From an uncultured cyanobacterium (GTDB taxonomy: Bacteria; Cyanobacteriota; Cyanobacteriia; Cyanobacteriales; CAWCAG01): a stretch of 64,000 bases of DNA. Shown one piece after another: positions 41,564-51,699 of the stretch (positions are counted from its first letter, which is position 1; every line of letters begins with the position of its first letter). The position numbers and the translations under genes are program-made. The notes below the pieces were generated by a model. The model was given only the letters and a program-made list of their open reading frames with translations. It ran no database searches and was not told where the DNA came from. The stretch covers positions 82,667 to 146,666 of the forward strand of contig CAWDOD010000005.1 of the NCBI GenBank assembly GCA_963803805.1, given 5' to 3'.

Positions 41564-42373
41564 CTACTCTCCTGCTGACCAAGGTTTGAGGAAGTCAGGA
41601 TAGAGAGTTAAGCCACCGTCGGCAAAGATAGTTTGACCTGTTATGTATGAGGCATCATCGGAAGCTAAAAATGCGGTTATAGCTGCCATTTCTTCGGAAG
41701 TTCCTACTCTACCTAAAGGTATATGGCTTTCCACTTCTTCTTTCTTTTCTTTGTCTTCAGTCCAACTATTAATGGGGGTAGCAGTTGCCCCCGGTGCGAT
41801 AGAGTTAATTCTAATACCTTGAGGAGCATATTCTAAAGCTAGAGTTTTAGTCATATTTTCCATGCCCCCTTTACTAATAGAATAACTAACATAAGTCGGT
41901 CTGGGGATGATTTCGTGAACACTAGAGACGTTGAGAATTATGCCTCCTTGCCCCCGACTCAAAAAGTGTTTAATGGCTTCGCGAGAGCAAAGATAAGCCC
42001 CTCGGAGGTTAACAGCCAAAACCTTATCAAAGTCGTCAGTTTCTACTTGATGGGATTCTGCGGCTATTTGAATGCCAGCATTGTTAACCAAGATATCAAG
42101 GCTACCCAATTCTTTAACAACTTTGGCACACATGGCAATAATATCTTCTTCTTTGGATACATCCCCTTCCACAGGTAATTCCCTGCCACCGCAGCCTTTA
42201 ACCTGATTGCACATATCATCAATCATCGCTTTAGTTTCTTCAACTTTTTCAGGGTCATTGCGATAATTAATGGCTACATTTGCCCCCTCAATAGCAAACC
42301 GGGCTGCGATCGCCTGCCCAATACCAGAAGTCGCCCCAGTGACAAGGACATTTTTGCCTTTCAAACCTTCCAT
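41564..42373 (-). CDS. SDR oxidoreductase, glucose 1-dehydrogenase-like
   Basis: TGATSGIG, NNAG, SSVHE, YSISK. Confidence 0.9.
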   Translation of the reverse strand: MEGLKGKNVLVTGATSGIGQAIAARFAIEGANVAINYRNDPEKVEETKAMIDDMCNQVKGCGGRELPVEGDVSKEEDIIAMCAKVVKELGSLDILVNNAGIQIAAESHQVETDDFDKVLAVNLRGAYLCSREAIKHFLSRGQGGIILNVSSVHEIIPRPTYVSYSISKGGMENMTKTLALEYAPQGIRINSIAPGATATPINSWTEDKEKKEEVESHIPLGRVGTSEEMAAITAFLASDDASYITGQTIFADGGLTLYPDFLKPWSAGE

Positions 42374-42536
42374 GAAAAACCCTCTCTGTTCAATGGCCAA
42401 TGATCAATGATCAATGATCAGTTATTAGTTTTCAACGATAAGTAGGTAGGGATTATAGGGTGTAGTTTATACAAAGTTAAATCTCTCTATCGTTAGTTGC
42501 CAATTCTCAAAGCTTCCCCTCTTGACTTTTGACTTC

Positions 42537-43877
42537 TCATAAAGCCCCTGCTGCGGTTTGATCTAAAATACCGGAACCTAGATGGCTAGTGAGGTTGATA
42601 GCCTGTAAAACTGGTTGTCCTGTTGCCCCTTGGGGATAATCGATGACGCTAACTGAACCGTTTCCTTGTTTAACGTTCCAGAAATTGGCTGGTTTCAAAC
42701 CTAACAAATAACAAAGAATTGCTTTATTAATAGCATCGTGGGCAACCACAATTCCCGTTTGCGGTTCGGAAGATTTTTCGCTAATCGCTTTAACCAAATC
42801 ATCCCAACAAGCAACTCCCCTTTCCCAAACCTGTTGCAAATTTTCTCCTTCTGGCATTTGTACTGTTTCTGGGGCATCCTTCCATTGTTGCAATAATTCC
42901 CCATACTCCGCTTGAATTTCTGCCTCTAGTTTTCCTTCCCATAAACCGTGACTAATTTCTTTGAGATCCGGTTGTAATTCTAAGTAAGTTTCTGGTTTAT
43001 TTTCTAAGATAATTTCTGCTGTTTCTTTTGGTCTAGCCATAGGACTACTGACAGCAAAATCTAGGGGTATGTCCTTAAGAAAATCCGCCGCTTTTTGGGC
43101 TTGTTGCTTACCTTTTTCATTTAGGGGAATATCAATTTGTCCTTGGAAACGAGAAGCACGATTCCACTCTGTTTCTCCGTGACGAATTAAGAGTAAACGT
43201 GGTCCCTGATGGGGTTTGCGGTAGGAAGGTAGGGACTTATCTAAATGGGAAGTTTGATTCAATGATTCTAACTGTACTGGATCTCCCCAACTGCCAGTAA
43301 AATTCAAAACGCTGATACAACAATTAGACTGTTGCAACCGGTGATAATGGGAGGGAGGAACCCCAATAGCAGTACCGATTAAACAACGGTTAATGCCATT
43401 GTGAGCCACTATTAAAATAGTTTCTCCTTGATGCTGAGGAAGTATTTTTTGCCAAAACTCCTCAGCTTGCTTATACAAAGAAAGTACAGGGAAATGTTCT
43501 TTTTCTGGTGCTAACAGCATCTTAAACTCGTGGGGACGCTGTTTCCACATCAAATAATCTTCCTTAAAATTCTCCTTAACTTCTTGCTTCCGCATCTTTT
43601 CCCACAAGGGTAGATCAATTTCCCTTAACATTTCTGTTGCTTGACGAGAAGGAGGATTTTGTAAGCAACTTTCAATAACTTCAGCAGTTTGGGTTGCCCG
43701 TTTTAAAGGACTATGGTAAAAACCATTAAAACTATAATTATTAAGGACTCGACCTGTTTTCAGGGCATCACTACGCCCTAATTCGGTTAAAAAAGATTCA
43801 TCACAACGACCTTGAATCTTTTGTTGGAGATTATAATTACTTTGCCCATGACGAACTATGATGACGCGAGTTGCCAA
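42537..43877 (-). CDS. double-domain histidine phosphatase (phosphoglycerate mutase family)
   Basis: Two RHG motifs (VRHGQS, IRHGET), with AHN and AHD as second histidines. Confidence 0.92.
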   Translation of the reverse strand: MATRVIIVRHGQSNYNLQQKIQGRCDESFLTELGRSDALKTGRVLNNYSFNGFYHSPLKRATQTAEVIESCLQNPPSRQATEMLREIDLPLWEKMRKQEVKENFKEDYLMWKQRPHEFKMLLAPEKEHFPVLSLYKQAEEFWQKILPQHQGETILIVAHNGINRCLIGTAIGVPPSHYHRLQQSNCCISVLNFTGSWGDPVQLESLNQTSHLDKSLPSYRKPHQGPRLLLIRHGETEWNRASRFQGQIDIPLNEKGKQQAQKAADFLKDIPLDFAVSSPMARPKETAEIILENKPETYLELQPDLKEISHGLWEGKLEAEIQAEYGELLQQWKDAPETVQMPEGENLQQVWERGVACWDDLVKAISEKSSEPQTGIVVAHDAINKAILCYLLGLKPANFWNVKQGNGSVSVIDYPQGATGQPVLQAINLTSHLGSGILDQTAAGAL

Positions 43878-43966
43878 ACTTCTAATCCTCCGATGAATTT
43901 TTTATCATTGTTAGATTATGCAATAATTCTTGGTAAAGATTTTTAAGATTAGGTATCTGAGAACAC

Positions 43967-44125
43967 ATGACTACTTATGTCTGCAATGTTTGCGGTTACG
44001 AATACGATCCTGAAAAAGGAGATCCTGATAATGATGTACAACCTGGTACTCCCTTTGAAGATTTACCAGAAGATTGGGCTTGCCCAGTTTGTGGGGCGGG
44101 AAAGGAGGAATTTGAGGAAGCTTAG
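43967..44125 (+). CDS. rubredoxin (52 aa, absent from the ORF track)
   Basis: Hand translation [52 protein letters not shown]; two CxxCG motifs. Confidence 0.95.
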   Translation: MTTYVCNVCGYEYDPEKGDPDNDVQPGTPFEDLPEDWACPVCGAGKEEFEEA

Positions 44126-44136
44126 TTAATTGGTAA

Positions 44137-44227
44137 TGGCTAATGGCTAATGGCTAGTGGCTAATGGCTAATGGCTAATGGCTAGTGGCTAATGGCTAAT
44201 GGCTAGTGGCTAATGGCTAGTGGCTAA
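44137..44227. repeat. heptamer tandem array (TGGCTAR)x13
   Basis: 13 contiguous units of TGGCTAA or TGGCTAG, counted directly. Confidence 0.95.
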
Positions 44228-44268
44228 TGTCTCTCTCCCCGTACCCTATTTCCTCAACTAAATTTTAC

Positions 44269-45513
44269 GTGACTGAAAAAAATACTTTACAGGTGGTTAT
44301 AGTTGGTGGTGGGGCGGCAGGTTTTTTTGCGGCGATTAACTGTGCTGCAATCCATCTTCAGACTCAAGTTAGTTTGCTAGAAGCAGGGCGCAAACCCTTA
44401 GCTAAGGTGCGTATTTCTGGTGGGGGGAGATGCAATGTTACTCATCATTGTTTTAACCCTGCCTTACTTATACAAAACTATCCTCGCGGCGGCAAAGCGT
44501 TGCGAGGAGCTTTTTTTCGCTTTCAACCCCAAGATACGGTAGCTTGGTTCGCTAAGCAAGGTGTGGCTTTAAAAACCGAGGCGGATGGGCGGATGTTTCC
44601 GATTACTAATAGTTCGGAAACTATTGTTAATTGTTTAACTCAAGCTGCTTTAAAAACAGGGGTGAAGTTGTTAACAAATTCTGGAGTTAAAACTATTCAG
44701 AGGCTGCCAAAAGGTTTTAGTTTAGGGTTGAAAGATGGGAGAGAATTAAACTGCGATCGCTTACTTTTAGCCACAGGAAGTAATCCCGCAGGTTACGCTT
44801 GGGCAAGGGAGTTAGGTCATAATATTATTCCCCCAGTACCTTCTTTATTTACTTTCAAAATCAAAGATCCTCGCTTCCAAAATTTAGCAGGAACTAGTGT
44901 TGCTAAAACTTCGGTACGTTTGCAATTTCCAGGCTTAAGTAAAGAATTACCTCCCCCGCAAACAGGGCCTTTATTAGTTACCCATTGGGGAGTTAGTGGC
45001 CCAGCAATCTTAAAATTATCAGCTTGGGGGGCGAGGATTTTGAGCGATCGCAATTATCATATAGGTTTAATTATTAATTGGTTGCCTGATTTTAATCAAG
45101 AGAGTTTACGACAACAATTATTAGTAGTTAAATCTCAATCACCGAAGCGGAAAGTTATTACCAACTCTCCCTTTGATTTACCAAAGCGATTATGGCAACG
45201 TTTAGTTATTGCTGCTGGTATTGCAGATGATAAACCTTGGGCAGAGTTGTCAAAAAAAGCCCTAAATAAGTTAGTGCAAGAATTGAATGCAGGGGAATAT
45301 AAGATTCATGGTAAAGGAACTTTTAAAGAAGAATTTGTTACCTGTGGTGGGGTGGATTTAAAAGAGATTGATTTCAAAACTATGGGCAGTAAATTATGTC
45401 CTGAGCTTCATTTTGCTGGAGAGATTTTAGATATAGATGGAGTGACAGGAGGATTTAATTTTCAAAGTGCTTGGACTACGGGTTGGTTAGCAGGTAATGC
45501 TTTAGGAAAGTAA
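44269..45513 (+). CDS. HI0933/BaiN-family NAD(P)/FAD-dependent oxidoreductase
   Basis: GGGAAG, KVRISGGGRCNVT, THWGVSGP, VTCGGV, TGGFNFQSAW. GTG start at 44269 preferred. Confidence 0.92.
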   Translation: MTEKNTLQVVIVGGGAAGFFAAINCAAIHLQTQVSLLEAGRKPLAKVRISGGGRCNVTHHCFNPALLIQNYPRGGKALRGAFFRFQPQDTVAWFAKQGVALKTEADGRMFPITNSSETIVNCLTQAALKTGVKLLTNSGVKTIQRLPKGFSLGLKDGRELNCDRLLLATGSNPAGYAWARELGHNIIPPVPSLFTFKIKDPRFQNLAGTSVAKTSVRLQFPGLSKELPPPQTGPLLVTHWGVSGPAILKLSAWGARILSDRNYHIGLIINWLPDFNQESLRQQLLVVKSQSPKRKVITNSPFDLPKRLWQRLVIAAGIADDKPWAELSKKALNKLVQELNAGEYKIHGKGTFKEEFVTCGGVDLKEIDFKTMGSKLCPELHFAGEILDIDGVTGGFNFQSAWTTGWLAGNALGK

Positions 45514-45520
45514 TAAACAA

Positions 45521-45808
45521 AAACAACTTCTTGGAGCCGAACGTAATGGTACTAAAATTGCTGTAGAAGTCAAAAGTTTTATTAGCCCCTCTCTCATTTC
45601 TGAATTTCATACAGCTCACGGACAATACTTAGATTATCATTATGCTCTCGAAGAGCAAGAGCCAAATCGTACTCTATATCTTGCAGTACCTCTTAAGGTT
45701 TACAAAAAATTCTTCACTTTGCAATTTATCCAAAATACCGTTCAACGTAGCCAACTAAATTTATTAGTTTATGACCCAGAGGAGGAGGTTATTTTCCAAT
45801 GGCAGTAG
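45521..45808 (+). pseudogene. xisH: 5'-truncated XisH-family gene
   Basis: Hand translation KQLLGAERNGTKIAVEVKSFISPSLISEFHTAHGQYLDY...RTLYLAVP...VYDPEEEVIFQWQ*. The frame is closed upstream by TAG at 45503, there is no start codon, and it overlaps the xisI start. Confidence 0.85.
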
Positions 45809-46143
45809 AGAAATATCGTCAATATATTCAACAACTACTAACCGAAAGAGTAGAACGTACAAAAAATAATTTATATCCATCTCCAGTGGAGAAGCAACTC
45901 ATTTTTGATACCGAAAGAGATCATTATCAATTGGTAAATGTTGGTTGGAATCGCAATGAAAACCCCAACTATGGCTGTGTTTTGCATTTGGATATTAAAG
46001 ACGGCAAAATCTGGATTCAGCATGATGGCACAGAAGAAGGTATTGCTAATGCTTTAGTAGCTTTAGGTGTTCCTAAACAAGATATTGTTTTAGCTTTTCA
46101 TGCTCCCTCCATGCGGAAATATACAGATTTTGCTGTTAATTAG
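45799..46143 (+). CDS. xisI: XisI-family protein
   Basis: IFDTERDHYQL, LHLDIKDGKIWIQHDGTEEGIA, GVPKQDIVLAF. Confidence 0.93.
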   Translation: MAVEKYRQYIQQLLTERVERTKNNLYPSPVEKQLIFDTERDHYQLVNVGWNRNENPNYGCVLHLDIKDGKIWIQHDGTEEGIANALVALGVPKQDIVLAFHAPSMRKYTDFAVN

Positions 46144-46211
46144 TCAAGTCAAGCTATCAACCCTTGAAGGCTATCGAAAAAAGCCATGCTAGGTAAGAAT
46201 TAACTATTCCT

Positions 46212-47414
46212 ATGACATCAAATCAAGACGAAAGAGCAATCCTTGAAAGGTTTGTTGTTGACAATAAGGACTTGGAAAATCTAGAGTCTAAAATATCTAG
46301 ATTCAACATTTTTGAAGCCATTGGCATGGTTCGCCAGGAGATTAAGCATTCTAATTTTATTAGGTTTTTACTAGATCCATCTGAAAAACATAAAATCGGT
46401 GATTTATTTCTAAAAAAGCTCTTAATCAGTATTTTAGCTGGCTCGAAAGATGCACCTTTGAACAGCATTGAAGTTGCTATTTCAAATTTTAGTGATGCTG
46501 AAGTACGTCGTGAATGGAAAAATATTGATCTTCTCATTTATTCTCCCGGTAATAGCTTAGTTTGCACCATTGAAAACAAAGTTGACTCTTCAGAAGGTTT
46601 TAACCAACTCACAAATTATGAAAGAGTAATTGAGAAAGAGTTTCCTAACTGTAAAAAAGTCTTTATTTATCTTACAAAAGAAGGTATTGCGGCATCTAAC
46701 CATAGGTGGTTATCCCTTAGTTATGGAACAACTGCCGATATTATCGAGGCAATTTGTAAAGAATGCAAAGCAAGCATCAATGAAGATGTTTATATGTCAA
46801 TGAGTCATTACATCGATTTAGTTAGGAGACATCTTATGAGTGAGTCAGATATTGCCGAAATTTGTCGCAAGATTTATAAACAGCATCGTCAAGCTATTGA
46901 TTTAATCTACGAACATCGTCCGGATCTTCGGTCAGACATTGAAGAATTTATAGGACAACTTATTCAAGATTATGCACAAGAAGAAAATCTTGAACAAGAT
47001 GAAAACGAAAAGCAGTGGATTCGTTTTGCAGCAAAAGAATGGGATGATTTGGCATTTCAGAAGACTTGTCAGAGATGGACAAGTAGTCAGCGGATATTGT
47101 TATTTGAGTTTTGGAATGAGCCTCAAAAGCTCGAATTTCACCTAGTTATTGGCCCTGGAGATAAACAAATAAAACAAGAAATATATGAATATCTTAAAGA
47201 GTTGAATATAGCAGGATTGAAAAGAAGCAAACTTAAAGAAGAAGGATGGAGTCAAGTTTGTGTTGTGCCGATTCTTACTTCTTCAGATTACGAAGATGGC
47301 GATTTAGAATATATACAGGAGAAAATTAAATCATTTTGGATTAGCTATATTAACGGGGACATGAAAAGGATTCGTGAGGCAGTATTCAATTCATTTAAGA
47401 AAAAGCCCGATTAG
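46212..47414 (+). CDS. PD-(D/E)XK nuclease family protein
   Basis: FNIFEAI, EIKHSNFI.FLLDP...H, RREWKNIDLL, IENK, QL..Y, IYLT (PDDEXK_4-like). Confidence 0.82.
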   Translation: MTSNQDERAILERFVVDNKDLENLESKISRFNIFEAIGMVRQEIKHSNFIRFLLDPSEKHKIGDLFLKKLLISILAGSKDAPLNSIEVAISNFSDAEVRREWKNIDLLIYSPGNSLVCTIENKVDSSEGFNQLTNYERVIEKEFPNCKKVFIYLTKEGIAASNHRWLSLSYGTTADIIEAICKECKASINEDVYMSMSHYIDLVRRHLMSESDIAEICRKIYKQHRQAIDLIYEHRPDLRSDIEEFIGQLIQDYAQEENLEQDENEKQWIRFAAKEWDDLAFQKTCQRWTSSQRILLFEFWNEPQKLEFHLVIGPGDKQIKQEIYEYLKELNIAGLKRSKLKEEGWSQVCVVPILTSSDYEDGDLEYIQEKIKSFWISYINGDMKRIREAVFNSFKKKPD

Positions 47415-47486
47415 TTGCTTGATGGAAGAATCAAAGTCCAATCACTACTACCCAAAAACTTTCTAGTTCCCTACCTCCCCGTTATT

Positions 47487-48308
47487 TCAAGACTGCTTAA
47501 TTTGTTCAATTAACTGAACAATTAGGGCTAAATCTTCTGCTTGAGGGGCAATGTCTAGATATTTCTGCAAATCTTGGTTAGCCCTGGGCAACTCTCCCAA
47601 TTGGTAATAGATAATGCCTCTATCCCTGATTTCTTGAGGTGAATCGGGAACTAATAAAAGGATTCTTTCTACCACAGTTAAAGCCTTGATAAGTTGATGC
47701 TGACTAAGATAGATATGTTTTAGGTTATTCAGCATACGTTGAAGAAATTGGCGGTTAGTTACAGGGGCAAAAAAACGCTTTTCTAAGGGGACTGGTTGTT
47801 GGTAAAGTTCATTGAGTCTTTCTTGACAGTCTTGCTCAAAAAGAATTTCCCCTTGATTAAAGGCATCTACAAAAATCCCTGCCTCTTCAAAATCAGGGCG
47901 AATCAAGAAATGCCCCGGCATACCAATACCTACCATAGGAAAATCGATGCGACGGGCAATTTCTAAATAAACCAAAGAAAGGGTGATTGGAATACCTTGA
48001 CGTTTTTCGAGAACATCATTCAAAAAACTATTGCAAGGATTATTATAATCCTGAGAATTCCCTTGAAAACCCAGAGATTCATAAAGATAACGATTAATGG
48101 TTTTAATGATTCGCAGGGGATAACGCTCTGTTGGCAACTCTTCTGTCACAACCCCCGCCATTTTATCTAATAAATCGAGATATTTGTGTACTGGCAGTTG
48201 AGGATACTCTTCTTGAGCTAAATAAAGAGCTGCTTTAGCAAGATCAACTTCTTTGTCTGGTTGCTGAACTTCCGCTTTAAAATTTTGCCTTCCTGAAGAA
48301 AAGTTCAT
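47487..48308 (-). CDS. SirB1-family transglutaminase-like + TPR protein
   Basis: GFQGN..DY, GIPITLSLVY, MPGHFL, RMLNNLK, EIRDRG. Confidence 0.9.
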   Translation of the reverse strand: MNFSSGRQNFKAEVQQPDKEVDLAKAALYLAQEEYPQLPVHKYLDLLDKMAGVVTEELPTERYPLRIIKTINRYLYESLGFQGNSQDYNNPCNSFLNDVLEKRQGIPITLSLVYLEIARRIDFPMVGIGMPGHFLIRPDFEEAGIFVDAFNQGEILFEQDCQERLNELYQQPVPLEKRFFAPVTNRQFLQRMLNNLKHIYLSQHQLIKALTVVERILLLVPDSPQEIRDRGIIYYQLGELPRANQDLQKYLDIAPQAEDLALIVQLIEQIKQS

Positions 48309-48409
48309 GGTTTGTGGTTACTTTTTCCTCTTACTTTCCTCAAGTAAGTATATACAGATTGCTTCAACATACAACAAGTACTAAAGTTAGATTGTTGATT
48401 ATAAGCCTG

Positions 48410-48739
48410 TTACGAGCCAATCGAGCCAGAATCTGTTAAAGTCTCTTCTAGCTCCATACGTTGTTCCATCTGGCGCAAAAAGTAGCCAGTCATCATTGCT
48501 GAAGCCAATAAGGTAGCTAAGTTTTCCTTATCTGTAGCAATTTGAACCTGAAAATGCTCTGAAGGTAACATCCCTACTAAGCCTTGGACATTTTGAGAAA
48601 TAATTTGTTTAATATCAGCACTAGCAGAACGAGCGACTTTTTCTAGGATATCGGGATTTTGCTGTTGGAGATACTCCAATAGTGCGTTGACTTGCTTGTC
48701 TTCTGAATCGAAATTGAGAAAGTCTGGGTTAATTACCAT
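48410..48739 (-). CDS. DUF760-domain protein
   Basis: NVQGLVGMLP, LLASAMMTGYFLRQMEQR. Confidence 0.85.
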   Translation of the reverse strand: MVINPDFLNFDSEDKQVNALLEYLQQQNPDILEKVARSASADIKQIISQNVQGLVGMLPSEHFQVQIATDKENLATLLASAMMTGYFLRQMEQRMELEETLTDSGSIGS

Positions 48740-48865
48740 TACTAATGTTTAAAGTTAAATTGGCTTGCTTTAATTTCAAGCTAAAATTATGGGCTCAAAT
48801 GAATTTCTAGGAAAATAGGTAGGAAAGCTGTTTCTATATTAGATCGATTTTGTATATCTTCAAGT

Positions 48866-49402
48866 TCAACCTACCACTTGAGAGAGTTCATCAACTTCAA
48901 AATACTGGTGAAATTGGTCTGTAACTTCTAACCAATAGGAACGCCCGTCAACTTGGCGACGCTTGCGAATTAAGCCTAATTCTACTAGTTCTTGAACTTG
49001 TTGGTAAGCGCTACTACCACGCATTTCAATGAGATCCGTTTGTAAAATTTTACCTTTGAGGGCAATAGCAGCTAAGGTTCGTAATGCCCCGGTTCCAAGT
49101 TCAGCAGGAACTAAGTTCGTTAATAAACTTTGACAAGAAGCACGTAGTTGCAGGCTATAACCGGTAGGAGCTTCAACCACTTCTAAAGCACTATCACGAC
49201 GAGCGTAATCTGCCATTAATTCTATTAAAGCATCTTCAACTTGATTGCGATCGCACCCTGCAAATTCAGAAATTTCTGTTAAAGAAAGAGGTTGAGCTTT
49301 AAGATACAAAATAGCTTCAATTTTGGTAGCTAAACGAAGAGTAGAAGCATCTGATGGAGAATTATTAGTCATAACTATTATTTTGTCAGTTTTGAATGGC
49401 AT
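48866..49402 (-). CDS. scpB: SMC-Scp complex subunit ScpB
   Basis: IEAILY, ALRTLAAIA, RGSSAY, VTDQFHQYF. Confidence 0.9.
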   Translation of the reverse strand: MPFKTDKIIVMTNNSPSDASTLRLATKIEAILYLKAQPLSLTEISEFAGCDRNQVEDALIELMADYARRDSALEVVEAPTGYSLQLRASCQSLLTNLVPAELGTGALRTLAAIALKGKILQTDLIEMRGSSAYQQVQELVELGLIRKRRQVDGRSYWLEVTDQFHQYFEVDELSQVVG

Positions 49403-49567
49403 AATTCAATGAGCTGTTATGCCTTTAAAATTGGTCTTATTCAATCATGACTTGAATCTAAATTGAAGCGCATTTATGAGAACAACTTTTACAAGCAATT
49501 TCTCCGAAGTTGAGACAGGCAGAAACTTCTTCTTTGCTTAAAGATACTTTTTCTGCCCTTCACCTGA

Positions 49568-50098
49568 TCACTTTTGTATATAGCGAGAAGCCATTTGCAT
49601 AGCATCAGCCAGATCAACATCCCCATCTCCGTCAGCATCTAAAAACGTACCGAGAACAGAGTTAGATCCTTGAGGATTGTTGCTACTAGCCCCAGTTTTG
49701 AGGAAATTGAGGACTAAGGGAACCAACATCGGCAACATAGCTTGAACGGTGTTAGCGTTCAAACCAGTTTTAGATTCTATTTGCTGAATCATTTGTTGAA
49801 GTTGGGGGGCATTAAACAGCATTTGTACAGCCTGGTTACTAGGCTGACTGCCACCAAACTGGTTAACCAATGCCCTCGCTTGTTCTTCCCCTTGATTACT
49901 ACGCTTTTCTTGCAAGGAAGAACGTACAAACTGTCCTACAACTGACATGGCAGATTGAACTTGGGAAGCATCTGCCCCTTGGGCGTTGCTAAGTTGTTGT
50001 ACAGTACCGAGGATATTAGCAAGCTGCCCTGAACTCGCTTCACGATCAGGACTTTCAATGGCACTGAGGACAGTGTTAAAAAGACTCATAGAAATCAC
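49568..50098 (-). CDS. DUF937-like protein with EF-hand-like loop
   Basis: Gln/Ser-rich helical protein; DADGDGDVDLAD near the C-terminus. Confidence 0.75.
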   Translation of the reverse strand: MISMSLFNTVLSAIESPDREASSGQLANILGTVQQLSNAQGADASQVQSAMSVVGQFVRSSLQEKRSNQGEEQARALVNQFGGSQPSNQAVQMLFNAPQLQQMIQQIESKTGLNANTVQAMLPMLVPLVLNFLKTGASSNNPQGSNSVLGTFLDADGDGDVDLADAMQMASRYIQK

Positions 50099-50209
50099 TC
50101 CTTTTTATTTAGTCAGTAATCTTAATTGTAATGGTATTATTTTTGGGAAATAGCCTCTAGTAAGTTTTCCTTGATCCTTTATCTGTCAATTAAAAATTGG
50201 CGAACCCCT

Positions 50210-51611
50210 GTGCTTTGTATAGATGAGTTATTAAACCTGGAACTATTTCAAAAACTGCCTAAAGAGAGGTTGGAATGGGCTTGTGAACGCGGTGAAAAAA
50301 TCGAGTTGTCCAAAGGAGAATATCTGATTAAGGAAGGGGAATCTCCACGGGGCTTTTTTGTGTTGGTTTGCGGTAAAGTTAGTATTACTCGCCACAGTGA
50401 AGGGGTGGAAATGCCCATCGGACAACATGAGTCCCCTAGCTTTTTTGGCGAAATTCAGGTACTAACAGAAGAACCCTATGGTATTAGCTTACGGGCTTTA
50501 AATGATTGTCATCTTTACGAAATATCTGGGGAAGATTTTCGTACCCTACTCCATGAATGTCGAGATTTTGAACGCAGAGTTTTTCGGGTTGTCCAAAGTC
50601 GGTTGCAAGGTTTGGAGTCTTTTCTGCGTAATCGCGAGAAAATGGCAGCCTTGGGGACTTTAAGCGCTGGTTTAGCCCATGAACTAAATAATCCTGCGGC
50701 AGCTTTGGTAAGGGCGTTAAAAGACGTGATGCCTGCTTTGAGGGAATTAGAACGGATGAACTTAGTTTATGGGCAGCGTAATCTAGACGAAGCCCAGACA
50801 TTAAAATGGCAGCAATTGCGCGATCGCGGCTATGAAAATCTTGCTCACAATAGTCTAGCTCCTTTAACTTTGAGTGAACGGGAAGATGAATTATTAGATT
50901 GGCTAGAAGATTATGGGGTAGAAAATCCTTGGAATCTTTCTGAACCTCTAGCTTTGGGGGGTATAGAAGTCGCAACCCTCCAAGAAATGATGGAACCCTG
51001 GCGCAATGATCCTACAGAATTAAGAGATCAAGGCATACGTTGGCTAGCCCTTTCTTTTGAGGTTATGGTTGCCATTCAAAATGGTTTAAAAGGGGCAGAA
51101 CATATTTCTGAATTGGTACAGTCAATGAAATCCTACACCTATTTAGATAGGGGGGCGCAACAAGTTGTTGATGTTTGTGAAGGTCTTGAGGATACCCTAC
51201 GGTTATTTTGCCACAAAATCAAACAAGGTATTGAAGTTCGTCGCTGCTACGCTAATAATTTACCAAAAATTATCGGCCTATGGCAGTGAACTTAATCAAG
51301 TTTGGACTAGTTTAATTGATAATGCCATTGATGCTATGACAGGAACAGGAGTTTTAGAAATAAAAACCTGTTGTGATGGTGGCTATGCCATTATAGAAAT
51401 TACGGACTCAGGAAAGGGCATTCCTCCAGAGATTCAGTCTCGTATTTATGAACCTTTTTTTACAACTAAAGAAGTTGGTGAAGGTTCAGGGCTAGGTTTG
51501 GATGCAGTGAGGCGCATTGTCGAAAATCGCCACCAAGGGACAATTTCTTTTCATTCCCAACCAGGAAAAACTTGCTTTCAGGTTTGTTTACCAATTGATA
51601 ATGGTAACTAG
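50210..51611 (+). CDS. cNMP-binding-domain sensor histidine kinase, frameshift near 51272
   Basis: Cyclic-nucleotide-binding fold (LIKEGE, FFGEI); GLAHELNNPAA; joins LPKI-SAYGSELNQVW and FFTTKEVGEGSGLGL. Confidence 0.87.
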
Positions 51612-51678
51612 TTTTAGAGCGTAATTGATTCTTTTTCCCAAGGAGATTCAAGAAGTTATTGAGCAAAGAATAATAGTG

Positions 51679-51699
51679 TAGGCAAAGCTCAACTTAGGC
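51679..51699. mobile_element. 21-nt SDR5-like element in a degenerate HIP1 site (intergenic)
   Basis: GTG[TAGGCAAAGCTCAACTTAGGC]ATCAC; shares the first 12 and last 3 nt with the 31880 element. Confidence 0.68.

Noticed and set aside
41484..41582. N-terminal extension of the alpha/beta hydrolase
   Set aside because: It is a translation of the TAGGGAA repeat (LFPIPYSLFP) and overlaps the upstream gene.
44137..44227. CRISPR array
   Set aside because: Contiguous 7-nt units with no spacers and no cas genes.
45514..47480. Excisable fdxN-type element or prophage
   Set aside because: No recombinase, no interrupted target gene and no flanking direct repeats found.
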